In this document: one piece after another, positions 18,262 through 28,484 of the stretch
Layout of the letters: every line of letters starts with the position of its first letter
Position numbering within the stretch: position 1 is the first letter of the stretch
IMG/VR virus record: IMGVR_UViG_2671180896_000005
Span: 1 to 38,773 of that record
Source of the DNA: a virus
Lineage: Duplodnaviria > Heunggongvirae > Uroviricota > Caudoviricetes
DNA: 38,773 nt
Reading direction: 5' to 3' (one strand)
Notes under the pieces: generated by a model
Databases searched by the model: none
Told to the model about the DNA's origin: nothing
Seen by the model: the letters and a program-made list of their open reading frames with translations, nothing else
Program-made: the position numbers and the translations under genes

Positions 18262-18637
18262 GCTGGTTATCGCTGCATTCTTCTTTACTGTCATCGGTTC
18301 TTTCATCTGGTCTGCCAACCACTACTACAGCAAATATCAGCACGAAAAGAAACGTGCTGATGAGGCTGTACAAAATGCCAAATCGGCAACTGTCATTACC
18401 AATAACGTCCTGCAATCACTGCAAATCGTCAATACAGTTCTGGAGGCTAACCAGCATGCAAAACAGCAGATCACACTGGAGTCACAGAGAACCCAGGAAG
18501 ATATCAAAGTGGCTGTTGCGGATGATGATTGTGCTTCACGTCCTGTGCCTGCTGCCGCTGCTGACCGGTTGCGGAAGTACGCGAACAGTTTACGTGCCTA
18601 TTCCGGCGGTACCGTTGCCAGCAAGCCTGACTACTGA
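18245..18637 (+). CDS. i-spanin (Rz-like)
   Basis: 130-aa ORF after the endolysin with N-terminal TM anchor (LVIAAFFFTVIGSFIW) and a charged, coiled-coil-like periplasmic part. Confidence 0.7.
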   Translation: MKLSYKLVIAAFFFTVIGSFIWSANHYYSKYQHEKKRADEAVQNAKSATVITNNVLQSLQIVNTVLEANQHAKQQITLESQRTQEDIKVAVADDDCASRPVPAAAADRLRKYANSLRAYSGGTVASKPDY

Positions 18638-18794
18638 AACTCCCCAGCCAGTTATTCCCGATCCTCTGACCTATGGGGCCAGCCTGGATCTGAATGTGAG
18701 CCTGCTTTCGGCGTTGGGACAATGCAATATTGACAAAGCGGGGATTAGAAGTATCGAGATGCACCGTAACGTTTTGCTGGCAGCAGGCAAATAG
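18522..18794 (+). CDS. o-spanin (Rz1-like lipoprotein)
   Basis: +1-frame ORF starting inside Rz; lipoprotein signal MMIVLHVLCLLPLLTGC (lipobox LTGC); Pro-rich mature part; extends 157 nt past the Rz stop. Confidence 0.65.
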   Translation: MMIVLHVLCLLPLLTGCGSTRTVYVPIPAVPLPASLTTETPQPVIPDPLTYGASLDLNVSLLSALGQCNIDKAGIRSIEMHRNVLLAAGK

Positions 18795-18820
18795 TCTGGA
18801 CAAAGAACAGGAATATATTT

Positions 18821-19171
18821 ATGCCTCCTCGAACCCCAAAAGCCTGCCGCGTTCGCGGCTGCCCCCATACCACCACTGACTCGTCAGGCTATTGCGAAAG
18901 GCACAAAAGCGAAGGCTGGAAGCAATACAAGCCAGGCCAGTCCCGTCATCAGCGCGGTTATGGTTCGAAGTGGGACAGTATCCGCGCGCGCGTCCTGAAG
19001 CGTGACAAAGGTTTATGTCAGTTATGTCTGCGTGCCGGTGTGGTGCGTGAAGCTAAAACCGTTGACCACATCATCCCTAAAGCGCATGGCGGCACCGATG
19101 CAGACAGTAATCTGCAGAGCCTGTGCTGGCCGTGCCATAAGACGAAGACGGCCCGTGAACGGCTAAAGTGA
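18821..19171 (+). CDS. HNH endonuclease (packaging-associated)
   Basis: Cys-rich N-terminus and HNH motif (DHIIPKAHGGTDADSNLQSLCWPCHKTKT); immediately upstream of the terminase genes. Confidence 0.85.
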   Translation: MPPRTPKACRVRGCPHTTTDSSGYCERHKSEGWKQYKPGQSRHQRGYGSKWDSIRARVLKRDKGLCQLCLRAGVVREAKTVDHIIPKAHGGTDADSNLQSLCWPCHKTKTARERLK

Positions 19172-19197
19172 TAATAATTCTCAACTGCCTGAGGGGA

Positions 19198-19257
19198 GGG
19201 GCGGGTCAAATCCCTGTGGCCTGACGTCTTCCGGACTGCCCGCCCCATCGTTTTTTT
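19198..19257 (+). terminator. GC-rich hairpin plus T-run between HNH and terS (terminator and/or packaging-site region)
   Basis: GGGGCGGG (19198-19205) pairs with CCCGCCCC (19239-19246) around a structured loop containing GACGTC, followed by ATCGTTTTTTT. Confidence 0.4.
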
Positions 19258-19296
19258 ATACCCGCGAAAAATGAAATTTAACCAGGAGTGCCGCAT

Positions 19297-19791
19297 ATGG
19301 CTGGAACGGCGGGGCGTTCCGGGCGTCGCCCCAAGCCAACGGCGCGCAAGGCGCTGGCCGGAAACCCCGGCAAGCGAGCCCTGAACAAAGATGAACCTGT
19401 TTTTACGCCCATCAAAGGTGTTGAGCCACCGGAGTGGTTCGCAGAAGAAGATCTCCCTCTCGCCACGATCATGTGGCAACTGACAACCAAAGAACTCTGC
19501 GGTCAGGGCCTGCTGTGCGTGACTGACCTGGCGGTACTTGAGCGGTGGTGCGTGGCCTATGAGTTCTGGCGACGTGCCGTGAAAAATATTGCCAGCCAGG
19601 GCAACACCATCACCGGTGCAATGGGCGGCAGGGTCAAAAACCCGGAGCTGACCGCCAAGAAAGAACAGGAGTCCGAGATGAGCAGCACGGGGGCAATGCT
19701 CGGACTCGACCCCAGCAGCCGCCAGCGTCTGATAGGCCTGGCGGGGCAGAAGAAAGCCACTAACCCGTTTCTGAAAATCATCGAATCATGA
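19297..19791 (+). CDS. terS: terminase small subunit
   Basis: ORF directly upstream of and overlapping terL (ATGA); ATG at 19297 with AGGAG 8 nt upstream (track ORF starts at a GTG inside the RBS). Confidence 0.8.
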   Translation: MAGTAGRSGRRPKPTARKALAGNPGKRALNKDEPVFTPIKGVEPPEWFAEEDLPLATIMWQLTTKELCGQGLLCVTDLAVLERWCVAYEFWRRAVKNIASQGNTITGAMGGRVKNPELTAKKEQESEMSSTGAMLGLDPSSRQRLIGLAGQKKATNPFLKIIES

Positions 19792-21521
19792 GCCGGAAAT
19801 CTTACCCCAACGTAAATGCTGCCAATCAGTATGCCCGTGATGTCGTGCGGGGAAAGATTGTGGCCTGCCAGTTTGTGATTCAGGCCTGCCAGCGCCATCT
19901 TGATGACCTGATGGCGGAAAAAAGTAAGTCGTTTCGTTACCGCTTCGACAAGGACCTGGCTGAACGGGCCGCCAAATTTATTCAGCTGTTGCCGCACACC
20001 AAGGGTGAGTGGGCATTTAAGAGGATGCCCATCACGCTGGAGCCGTGGCAGCTCTTTGTGATCTGCTGCGCGTTTGGCTGGGTCAATAAAGGCTCCCGGC
20101 TGCGCCGCTTCCGTGAGGTGTATACCGAAATCCCCCGTAAGAACGGCAAATCGGCAATCTCTGCCGGTGTCGCCCTGTATTGTTTTGCCTGTGATAACGA
20201 GTTTGGCGCGGAAGTGTATTCCGGTGCCACGACAGAGAAACAGGCGTGGGAAGTCTTTCGCCCGGCGCGACTGATGTGTAAACGCACACCCATGCTGACG
20301 GAAGCGTTCGGGATTGAGGTTAACGCCTCAAACATGAACCGTCCGGAGGATGGCGCGCGGTTTGAACCGCTGATCGGTAACCCCGGTGATGGATCATCAC
20401 CCCACTGTGCGGTGGTGGATGAATATCACGAGCACGCCACCGATGCGCTTTACACCACGATGCTTACCGGGATGGGGGCGCGACGTCAGCCACTGATGTG
20501 GGCCATTACTACTGCCGGGTACAACATTGAGGGGCCGTGCTACGACAAACGGCGGGAAGTTATCGAGATGCTCAACGGTTCGGTACCCAACGATGAACTG
20601 TTCGGGATCATCTATACCGTTGACGAAGGTGACGACTGGACCAACCCACAGGTGCTGGAAAAAGCCAACCCGAATATCGGGGTGTCGGTTTACCGTGAGT
20701 TTTTGTTAAGTCAGCAACAGCGTGCGAAAAATAACGCCCGTCTGGCAAACGTCTTTAAAACAAAACACCTCAATATCTGGGTGTCGGCGCGTTCGGCGTA
20801 TTTCAACCTGGTGAGCTGGCAGAGCTGCGAGGATAAATCACTGACTCTTGAGCAATTCGAGGGGCAGCCGTGCATTCTGGCCTTTGACCTGGCGCGTAAA
20901 CTGGATATGAACAGCATGGCGCGACTTTATACCCGCGAGATTGACGGTAAAACGCATTACTACAGTGTGGCTCCGCGCTTCTGGGTACCGTATGACACGG
21001 TGTACAGCGTCGAGAAAAATGAAGATCGCCGGACAGCCGAACGCTTTCAGAAATGGGTGGAAATGGGCGTTCTGACCGTTACCGATGGTGCGGAGGTGGA
21101 TTATCGCTACATCCTCGAGGAGGCCAAAGCGGCGAACAAAATCAGCCCGGTCAGTGAGTCACCCATCGACCCCTTCGGGGCGACCGGGTTGTCACATGAC
21201 CTTGCTGATGAAGACCTGAATCCCGTCACTATCATTCAGAACTACACCAACATGTCCGACCCGATGAAAGAGCTGGAAGCGGCAATTGAATCGGGGCGCT
21301 TTCATCATGATGGCAATCCCATCATGACCTGGTGTATCGGCAATGTGGTCGGCAAAACCATTCCGGGTAACGATGATGTGGTGAAACCCGTCAAAGAGCA
21401 GGCGGAAAACAAAATTGACGGTGCAGTTGCGCTGATTATGGCGGTTGGCAGAGCCATGCTGTACGAGAAAGAAGACACGCTGTCTGACCACATTGAGTCC
21501 TATGGGATCCGCTCGCTTTAA
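19788..21521 (+). CDS. terL: terminase large subunit
   Basis: 577-aa ORF of typical TerL size with ATPase and nuclease regions; position between terS and portal. Confidence 0.9.
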
Positions 21522-21532
21522 CTGAGGTAATT

Positions 21533-21715
21533 ATGATCATGCTGATTCTCGCGCCTCTGGTGGGCGTGCTGGGGGCGCTTTTGCTGGCGTATGGTGCCTG
21601 GCTGATTTATCCCCCGGCGGGGTTTGTTGTTGCCGGGGCGTTGTGCCTGTTCTGGTCGTGGCTGGTGGCGCGATATCTCGACCGTACACAGTCGTCTGTC
21701 GGCGGAGGTAAATAG
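21533..21715 (+). CDS. small hydrophobic protein
   Basis: 60-aa ORF with two predicted TM helices, GAGG RBS, between terL and portal. Confidence 0.4.
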
Positions 21716-22956
21716 TGTTCTTTTCGGGATTATTTCAACGAAAAAGTGACGCACCGGTGACCACGCCAGCAGAGCTGGCGGATGCTATCGGGTTGTCCTA
21801 CGACACCTATACCGGAAAGCAGATCAGCAGCCAGCGGGCCATGCGACTGACGGCGGTTTTTTCCTGCGTCAGGGTGCTGGCAGAGTCGGTCGGGATGTTG
21901 CCCTGCAATCTGTATCACCTGAACGGCAGCCTGAAACAGAGAGCCACCGGCGAGCGTCTGCATAAGCTGATCTCCACGCATCCCAATGGCTATATGACGC
22001 CGCAGGAGTTCTGGGAGCTGGTGGTCACCTGTCTGTGCCTGCGGGGAAACTTTTACGCCTACAAAGTGAAAGCATTTGGCGAAGTGGCTGAACTGCTGCC
22101 CGTCGATCCCGGCTGTGTGGTACCGAAGCTTAACAGTAGCTGGGAGCCGGTCTATCAGGTCACATTCCCGGACGGCTCCACGGATGTACTGAGCCAGGAA
22201 GATATCTGGCATGTGCGCACGCTGACGCTGGACGGTCTGGTGGGGCTGAATCCCATCGCCTATGCCCGCGAGGCAATATCGCTGGCAGCTGCGACCGAAG
22301 AGCACGGGGCCAGACTGTTCAGCAATGGTGCGGTGACGTCCGGTGTGTTGCGTACAGAGCAGACGCTGTCGGATCAGGCTTATGAGCGCCTGAAGAAAGA
22401 TTTTGAGGAGCGTCACACCGGGCTTGGCAATGCTCACCGCCCGATGATCCTTGAGATGGGGCTGGACTGGAAGTCGATGGCGCTGAACGCCGAGGACAGC
22501 CAGTTCCTGGAAACCCGCAAGTTTCAGCTTGAAGAAATCTGTCGTCTGTTCCGGGTGCCGTTGCACATGGTGCAGAACACCGATCGCGCCACCTTCAACA
22601 ATATCGAAGAGCTGGGGCTGGGATTTATCAACTATTCACTGGTGCCGTATCTGACCCGCATCGAACAGCGGATCAACACCGGACTGGTACGAAAAAGTAA
22701 GCAGGGCGTTTATTACGCCAAATTTAACGCCGGGGCGTTACTGCGCGGGGATATGAAGTCCCGTTTTGAAGCCTACGCCACCGGGATCAACTGGGGAATT
22801 TACTCTCCCAATGACTGCCGCGACCTGGAAGATATGAATCCGCGTCCCGGTGGTGATGTCTATCTCACACCGATGAACATGACCACGAAACCCTCCGATG
22901 GCAGTAAAGCCGGTAAGCAGAAGGATAACGCCAATGCAGACGAAACAACGTCTTGA
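21715..22956 (+). CDS. portal protein (HK97-type)
   Basis: 413-aa ORF after terL; GTG start preceded by GGAGG; size, order and composition fit an HK97-family portal. Confidence 0.85.
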   Translation: MFFSGLFQRKSDAPVTTPAELADAIGLSYDTYTGKQISSQRAMRLTAVFSCVRVLAESVGMLPCNLYHLNGSLKQRATGERLHKLISTHPNGYMTPQEFWELVVTCLCLRGNFYAYKVKAFGEVAELLPVDPGCVVPKLNSSWEPVYQVTFPDGSTDVLSQEDIWHVRTLTLDGLVGLNPIAYAREAISLAAATEEHGARLFSNGAVTSGVLRTEQTLSDQAYERLKKDFEERHTGLGNAHRPMILEMGLDWKSMALNAEDSQFLETRKFQLEEICRLFRVPLHMVQNTDRATFNNIEELGLGFINYSLVPYLTRIEQRINTGLVRKSKQGVYYAKFNAGALLRGDMKSRFEAYATGINWGIYSPNDCRDLEDMNPRPGGDVYLTPMNMTTKPSDGSKAGKQKDNANADETTS

Positions 22957-23584
22957 TGTACCGCTGAGTCTGAAATCTGTCAGTGACTCCGGTGAGTTTG
23001 AAGGGTATGGCTCCGTCTTTGGTGTAAAGGACAGCCACGATGATGTGGTGATGTCCGGGGCATTTGCTGCTTCCCTGCGGGCGTGGAGTGACAGAAAAGC
23101 GTTACCTGCGCTGCTCTGGCAGCACCGCATGGATGAACCCATCGGTGTTTACACCGAAATGAAGGAAGACGATGTCGGGCTTTACGTCAGGGGACGGTTG
23201 CTTATTGATGATGATCCCCTCGCAAAACGCGCACATGCACACATGAAGGCCGGTTCGTTAACCGGCCTTTCTATTGGGTACGTCCTGAAAGACTGGGAAT
23301 ACGACCGGAGCAAAGAAGCCTTTCTGCTGAAAGAAATCGACCTCTGGGAAGTCAGCCTGGTGACGTTCCCGTCTAACGACGAGGCGCGGATCAGCGACGT
23401 CAAGAACGCACTGGCCCGCGGGGAAATCCCCGAACAGAAAAAAATCGAAAGAGTCCTGCGTGATGTCGGACTCTCCCGTACCCAGGCCAAAGCATTCATG
23501 GCCGGGGGCTATGGCGCACTGTCCCTGCGCGACGCTGAGGATGTGGGCTCTGCACTGAATGCACTGAAAAATCTGAACTTCTAA
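22934..23584 (+). CDS. prohead maturation protease
   Basis: ORF between portal and major capsid genes; start placed at the ATG at 22934 (AAGGA RBS), overlapping the portal 3' end. Confidence 0.8.
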   Translation: MQTKQRLDVPLSLKSVSDSGEFEGYGSVFGVKDSHDDVVMSGAFAASLRAWSDRKALPALLWQHRMDEPIGVYTEMKEDDVGLYVRGRLLIDDDPLAKRAHAHMKAGSLTGLSIGYVLKDWEYDRSKEAFLLKEIDLWEVSLVTFPSNDEARISDVKNALARGEIPEQKKIERVLRDVGLSRTQAKAFMAGGYGALSLRDAEDVGSALNALKNLNF

Positions 23585-23598
23585 TCAGGAGAAATACG

Positions 23599-24804
23599 AT
23601 GGCGGTTGATATTAAAGATGTCGAACAGGTCGCGCAGGAGCTGCAGCAGAAGTTTGACGACTTCAAAGCAAAGAACGACAAGCGCGTGGATGCGATTGAG
23701 CAGGAAAAAGGCAAGCTTGCCGGGCAGGTGGAAACCCTGAACGGGAAACTCAGCGAGCTGGAAAATCTCAAAAGCGACCTTGAAAAAGAGCTGCTTGAGC
23801 TGAAACGTCCGGCAGGTGGAGCGCAAAATAAACTGGCCACCGAGCATAAAGAGGCGTTTGTGGGCTTCCTGCGTAAAGGCCGTGAAGACGGTCTGCGCGA
23901 TCTGGAGCGTAAGGCATTGCAGGTGGGTACCGATGAAGACGGTGGCTACGCCGTGCCGGAAGAACTGGATCGCAACATTCTTAACCTGCTGAAAGATGAA
24001 GTGGTGATGCGTCAGGAAGCCACGGTGATCACCGTTGGCGGTTCCGACTACAAAAAACTGGTGAATCTGGGCGGTACGGCTTCCGGATGGGTGGGGGAAA
24101 CGGATACGCGATCCCAGACTGCCACCTCCAGACTGGAGCTGATTGAACCTCTCATGGGGGAAATCTACGGCAACCCGCAGGCTACCCAGAAAATGCTGGA
24201 CGATGCCTTCTTCAACGTGGAGGCCTGGATCAACAGCGAGCTGGCAACCGAATTTGCCGAACAGGAAGAAATTGCCTTTACCTCAGGCAATGGCACCAAG
24301 AAGCCGAAAGGGTTCCTGGCGTATGAATCCACGGATGAAACCGACAAGGTCCGGGCGTTCGGCAAACTTCAGCATATTGTATCCGGCGAAGCGACCGCGG
24401 TGACCGCAGACGCCATTATCAAACTGATTTACACGCTGCGTAAGGCACACCGCACTGGCGCGAAGTTCATGATGAACAACAACAGCCTGTTTGCCATACG
24501 TCTGCTGAAAGACACCGAGGGTAACTATCTGTGGCGTCCGGGGCTGGAACTGGGGCAGCCGTCCTCTCTGGCGGGTTACGGTATCGCTGAAAACGAACAG
24601 ATGCCGGATATCGCCGCTGATGCGAAAGCCATTGCATTTGGTAACTTCAAACGGGGTTACACCATCGTTGACCGTATCGGCACCCGCATTCTGCGTGACC
24701 CGTACACCAATAAACCGTTTGTCGGTTTTTATACCACCAAGCGCACCGGCGGGATGCTGGTCGATTCGCAGGCCATCAAACTGCTGAAGATTGCAGCGGC
24801 GTAA
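23599..24804 (+). CDS. major capsid protein (HK97 fold, with N-terminal delta/scaffold domain)
   Basis: 401-aa ORF; N-terminal coiled-coil delta-domain-like segment (about 70 aa, E/K/L-rich) followed by a capsid-like body. Confidence 0.9.
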   Translation: MAVDIKDVEQVAQELQQKFDDFKAKNDKRVDAIEQEKGKLAGQVETLNGKLSELENLKSDLEKELLELKRPAGGAQNKLATEHKEAFVGFLRKGREDGLRDLERKALQVGTDEDGGYAVPEELDRNILNLLKDEVVMRQEATVITVGGSDYKKLVNLGGTASGWVGETDTRSQTATSRLELIEPLMGEIYGNPQATQKMLDDAFFNVEAWINSELATEFAEQEEIAFTSGNGTKKPKGFLAYESTDETDKVRAFGKLQHIVSGEATAVTADAIIKLIYTLRKAHRTGAKFMMNNNSLFAIRLLKDTEGNYLWRPGLELGQPSSLAGYGIAENEQMPDIAADAKAIAFGNFKRGYTIVDRIGTRILRDPYTNKPFVGFYTTKRTGGMLVDSQAIKLLKIAAA

Positions 24805-24811
24805 TCACTCA

Positions 24812-24831
24812 GGGGCGCGGAACCGCGCCCC
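24812..24831 (+). terminator. stable GC hairpin after the capsid gene (possible attenuator)
   Basis: GGGGCGCG-GAAC-CGCGCCCC hairpin 8 nt after the stop; weak T-run (CTGTTCTG). Confidence 0.35.
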
Positions 24832-24853
24832 CTGTTCTGACGGGTGAAGAATC

Positions 24854-25054
24854 ATGATCCTGAAACAAGATCTGAAATGGTCACCGGACGGTATGCGTGT
24901 TGAGGTCATTCGGGCCGGTGAGTATGACGACGGGGCGCTTCCTGCCCGGGTGCAGGAGATTGCACTTCAGGCCGGGTTAGCAGAGCGCGGAATCAGTGCA
25001 AAAAGCAGTAAAGCGGCAAAAGAGAAAAAAGCCACGACCAGTAAAGAGGGCTGA
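24854..25054 (+). CDS. hypothetical small head-module protein
   Basis: 66-aa ORF between capsid and head-tail connector genes; Lys-rich C-terminus. Confidence 0.4.
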   Translation: MILKQDLKWSPDGMRVEVIRAGEYDDGALPARVQEIALQAGLAERGISAKSSKAAKEKKATTSKEG

Positions 25055-25056
25055 GT

Positions 25057-25380
25057 ATGCTTCTGACAATGGAAGAGATTAAAGCCCAACTCCGGCTGGA
25101 TGAGGATTTCGATGCTGATGACCGCCATCTGCAACTGCTGGCCTGTGCGGCACAAAAGCGGACGGAAACGTATCTGAACCGGAAGCTCTATGCACCGGAT
25201 GAAACCATTCCGGACAGCGATCCGGACGGGCTGCACCTGCCGGATGATATTCGTCTGGGGATGCTGATGCTTATCAGCCATTTTTACGAAAACCGCTCGT
25301 CGGTTACGGAAGTGGAGAAACTCGACATGCCGCAGAGTTTTGGCTGGCTTGTCGGCCCGTACAGGTACTTTCCGCAATGA
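25057..25380 (+). CDS. head-tail connector protein (gp6-like)
   Basis: 107-aa ORF; N-terminus MEEIKAQLRLDEDFDADD... typical of gp6-like connector proteins; position after capsid. Confidence 0.65.
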   Translation: MLLTMEEIKAQLRLDEDFDADDRHLQLLACAAQKRTETYLNRKLYAPDETIPDSDPDGLHLPDDIRLGMLMLISHFYENRSSVTEVEKLDMPQSFGWLVGPYRYFPQ

Positions 25381-25787
25381 AAATTCGTCAGGCGCAGACC
25401 AGCGCAACCTACATTCTGCCGGACCCCGGTGAACTGAATAAACGCGTCCTGATCCGCCAGCGGGTGGATATGCCCGCGGATAACTTTGGCGTGGAGCCTC
25501 AATACCCGGTTACGTTCCGGACATGGGCGAAGGTTATCCAGACCAGTGCCACCACCTGGCAGGAAACCGCGCAGACCGGGGACGCCATCACCCATTACAT
25601 CACCATTCGTTACCGCCGGGGGATCACTGCTGATTATGAGGTGGTCTGTGATGACAGTGTGTACCGGGTGAAACGTCAGCGTGATCTGAACGGGGCGCGG
25701 CGCTTTCTGCTGCTGGAGTGTACGGAGCTGGGCGAATGTAGGCAGAGTCACGGAGGCAGCAATGGCGACTCCCTTTTTTCACGTTGA
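25377..25787 (+). CDS. head closure / head-tail adaptor protein
   Basis: 136-aa ORF overlapping neighbours by 4 nt; positional call. Confidence 0.55.
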   Translation: MKIRQAQTSATYILPDPGELNKRVLIRQRVDMPADNFGVEPQYPVTFRTWAKVIQTSATTWQETAQTGDAITHYITIRYRRGITADYEVVCDDSVYRVKRQRDLNGARRFLLLECTELGECRQSHGGSNGDSLFSR

Positions 25788-26268
25788 TGTTCAGCAGCCC
25801 GCCGAGATGCGCTTTAACCGCGCCCGTGTCCGGAGGGCGTTTGTCACGATTGGGCAGCGTCATATGCGTGATGCCCGTCGGCTGGTGATGCGCCGTGCGC
25901 GGTCGGCACCGGGTGAAAACCCCGGTTATCAGACCGGACGCCTGGCTCGTTCGATTGGTTATATGGTGCCGAGAGCCAGTAAAAAGCGAGCCGGTTTTAT
26001 GACACGCATTGCCCCTAACCAGCGCAACGGGAAGGGGAACCGGATGATCTCTGGTGACTTCTATCCGGCGTTTCTGTTTTTTGGTGTCCGGGGAGGAGCA
26101 AAACGTCGTCGTAGTCATCATCGTGGTGCATCCGGTGGCAGCGGCTGGCGACTGGCTCCACGTAATAACTTCATGGTGGAAACTCTTGAAAAGAACCGCA
26201 GCTGGACACGCTATTTTCTGGCGCGGGAATTGCGTAAATCACTGAAGCCGGAGAGACGACACAGATGA
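25762..26268 (+). CDS. HK97 gp10-like head-tail joining protein
   Basis: 168-aa basic protein in the head-tail joining block; call from position and size. Confidence 0.5.
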   Translation: MATPFFHVDVQQPAEMRFNRARVRRAFVTIGQRHMRDARRLVMRRARSAPGENPGYQTGRLARSIGYMVPRASKKRAGFMTRIAPNQRNGKGNRMISGDFYPAFLFFGVRGGAKRRRSHHRGASGGSGWRLAPRNNFMVETLEKNRSWTRYFLARELRKSLKPERRHR

Positions 26269-26825
26269 AACTGACGCCTGTTATTGCTGCGCTGCGTGCC
26301 CGCTGCCCGTATTTTGAAAACCGGGTGGCAGGCGCGGCACAGTTCAAAAATCTGCCGGAGGTCGGAAAGCTGAGACTCCCGGCGGCGTATGTGGTACCGG
26401 GTGATGACTCTCCGGGAGAAAACAAAAGCCAGACCGACTACTGGCAGGAGCTGAAAGAGGGCTTCTCCGTGGTTGTCATACTGAGTAACGGGCGTGATGA
26501 GCGCGGTCAGTTTGCCTCGTATGATGTGGTGGACGATGTCCGGCAGATGCTCTTTAAGGCCCTGCTGGGCTGGAACCCGGAAGCGTGCGGTAACCCGATT
26601 ACCTATGACGGCGGCACGCTGCTGGATCTGAATCGTCATGAGCTGATTTATCAGTTCGATTTTTCGGTCATCAGCGAGCTGACTGAAGACGATACCCGCC
26701 AGCAGGATGATCTGAACAGTCTGGATGAACTGCAAACGCTGGCGATTGATGTTGATTATCTCGAGCCCGGTAACGGGCCTGACGGCGATATCGAACATCA
26801 CACCGAAATAACCCTTCCTTCCTGA
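26265..26825 (+). CDS. tail completion / sheath-terminator-like protein
   Basis: 186-aa acidic protein immediately before the sheath gene; positional call. Confidence 0.45.
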   Translation: MKLTPVIAALRARCPYFENRVAGAAQFKNLPEVGKLRLPAAYVVPGDDSPGENKSQTDYWQELKEGFSVVVILSNGRDERGQFASYDVVDDVRQMLFKALLGWNPEACGNPITYDGGTLLDLNRHELIYQFDFSVISELTEDDTRQQDDLNSLDELQTLAIDVDYLEPGNGPDGDIEHHTEITLPS

Positions 26826-26833
26826 GAATCTTC

Positions 26834-27004
26834 ATGTTTGTGAAACCTGTTAAAGGGCGGTCAGTGCCTGACCCTGCCCGCGGTGACCTTTTGCCCGTCG
26901 AAGGGCGAAATGTTGACGAGAACAACTACTGGCTGCGCCGTGAAGCAGCGGGTGATATCCGGCGCGTGAATAAAAAGGTGAACACCGATGACGATAAGCT
27001 TTAA
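26834..27004 (+). CDS. small ORF overlapping the sheath gene start
   Basis: 56-codon ORF (MFVKPVKGRSVPDPARGDLLPVEGRNVDENNYWLRREAAGDIRRVNKKVNTDDDKL), below the track cutoff; no clear RBS. Confidence 0.25.
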   Translation: MFVKPVKGRSVPDPARGDLLPVEGRNVDENNYWLRREAAGDIRRVNKKVNTDDDKL

Positions 27005-28484
27005 CACCATTCCGTCGAATACGCTGGTTCCGCTGTTTTATGCGGAAATGGATAACCAGGCGGCGAATACTGCACAGGACAGCGGAGCATCGCTGCTGAT
27101 TGGTCATGCCAATAACGGTGCAGAGATTGTTGCCAACAGTCTGGTACTGATGTCGTCGGCAGACTATGCACGCCAGATTTGTGGTGCGGGAAGTCAGCTG
27201 GCGCGTATGGTCGAGGCTTATCGCCAGACTGACCCGTTTGGCGAGCTGTATGTGATTGCCGTTCCTGAATCCACAGGCGCGGCGGCAACGGTTACGCTGA
27301 CGGTGACCGGGGCGGCAACCGAAACCGGCACGGTGAATGTGTATGTGGGACGTACCCGCGTGCAGGCACCGGTGACTAACGGCGATAACGTCACGATGAT
27401 TGCCAGCAGTATCCAGGATGCCATCAATGCCGTTCCGACCCTGCCGTTTACGGCTTCATCTTCGGCAGGCGTGGTCACACTGACCGCGCGTCATAAGGGG
27501 CTTTGCGGGAATGAAATTCCTGTCAGCCTCAATTACTACGGCTTTGGTGGGGGCGAAGTGCTGCCAGCGGGCGTACAGATTGCCGTGGCGACGGGTACCG
27601 CCGGAACGGGTGCTCCGGTTCTCACCGGCGCGGTGGCTGCAATGGCGGATGAGCCGTTTGATTATATCGGCCTGCCGTTCAACGACACGGCCTCCGTTAA
27701 CACGCTGGTGACCGAGATGAACGATACCAGCGGTCGCTGGAGCTATGCGCGTCAGCTGTACGGTCATGTGTATACGGCAAAGATCGGCACGCTGTCAGAA
27801 CTGGTGACCGCTGGTGACCAGTTTAACCAGCAGCACATTACCCTGGCGGGGTACGAAAAAGAGACCCAGACGCCTGCCGACGAGCTGGCGGCAAGCCGTA
27901 CCGCCCGCGCAGCGGTGTTTATCCGCAACGATCCGGCACGTCCCACGCAGACCGGTGAGCTGGTGGGTATGCTGCCTGCGCCGAAGGGGAAACGGTTCAC
28001 GATGACCGAGCAGCAGACCCTGTTGTCTCATGGCGTGGCAACGGCGTATGTCGAAAGCGGGGTGCTGCGCATTCAGCGTGATGTCACCACGTACAGGAAA
28101 AATTCTTACGGGGTTGCGGATAACAGCTACCTCGACAGCGAGACGCTGCATACCAGTGCGTATGTACTGCGCAAACTGAAATCCGTCATTACCAGTAAGT
28201 ACGGGCGTCACAAGCTTGCCAGCGACGGTACCCGCTTTGGTCCCGGTCAGGCGATTGTCACCCCGGCGGTAATCAAAGGGGAACTGCTGGCAACCTACCG
28301 TCAGCTTGAGCGTGCGGGGATCGTGGAAAACTACGAACTGTTTAAGCAGTACCTGGTTGTGGAGCGTGATGCCAGCGATCCGAACCGCCTGAACACGCTG
28401 TTCCCGCCTGACTATGTTAACCAGTTGCGTGTTTTTGCCGTGGTTAACCAGTTCCGTCTTCAGTATTCAGAGGAGTCTGCATAA
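26988..28484 (+). CDS. contractile tail sheath protein
   Basis: 498-aa ORF followed by tube, chaperone and tape-measure genes in Mu-like myovirus order. Confidence 0.9.
   Translation: MTISFNTIPSNTLVPLFYAEMDNQAANTAQDSGASLLIGHANNGAEIVANSLVLMSSADYARQICGAGSQLARMVEAYRQTDPFGELYVIAVPESTGAAATVTLTVTGAATETGTVNVYVGRTRVQAPVTNGDNVTMIASSIQDAINAVPTLPFTASSSAGVVTLTARHKGLCGNEIPVSLNYYGFGGGEVLPAGVQIAVATGTAGTGAPVLTGAVAAMADEPFDYIGLPFNDTASVNTLVTEMNDTSGRWSYARQLYGHVYTAKIGTLSELVTAGDQFNQQHITLAGYEKETQTPADELAASRTARAAVFIRNDPARPTQTGELVGMLPAPKGKRFTMTEQQTLLSHGVATAYVESGVLRIQRDVTTYRKNSYGVADNSYLDSETLHTSAYVLRKLKSVITSKYGRHKLASDGTRFGPGQAIVTPAVIKGELLATYRQLERAGIVENYELFKQYLVVERDASDPNRLNTLFPPDYVNQLRVFAVVNQFRLQYSEESA

Noticed and set aside
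21730-22566. 278-aa minus-strand ORF inside the portal gene
   Set aside because: Long antisense frame typical of GC-rich coding DNA; Arg/Gln/Leu-rich with no motifs; the sense-strand portal call is better supported.
25624-26801. Minus-strand ORFs (25624..26121, 26211..26801) within the head-tail joining genes
   Set aside because: Antisense to a tightly packed co-directional operon; no starts with RBS; artefacts.
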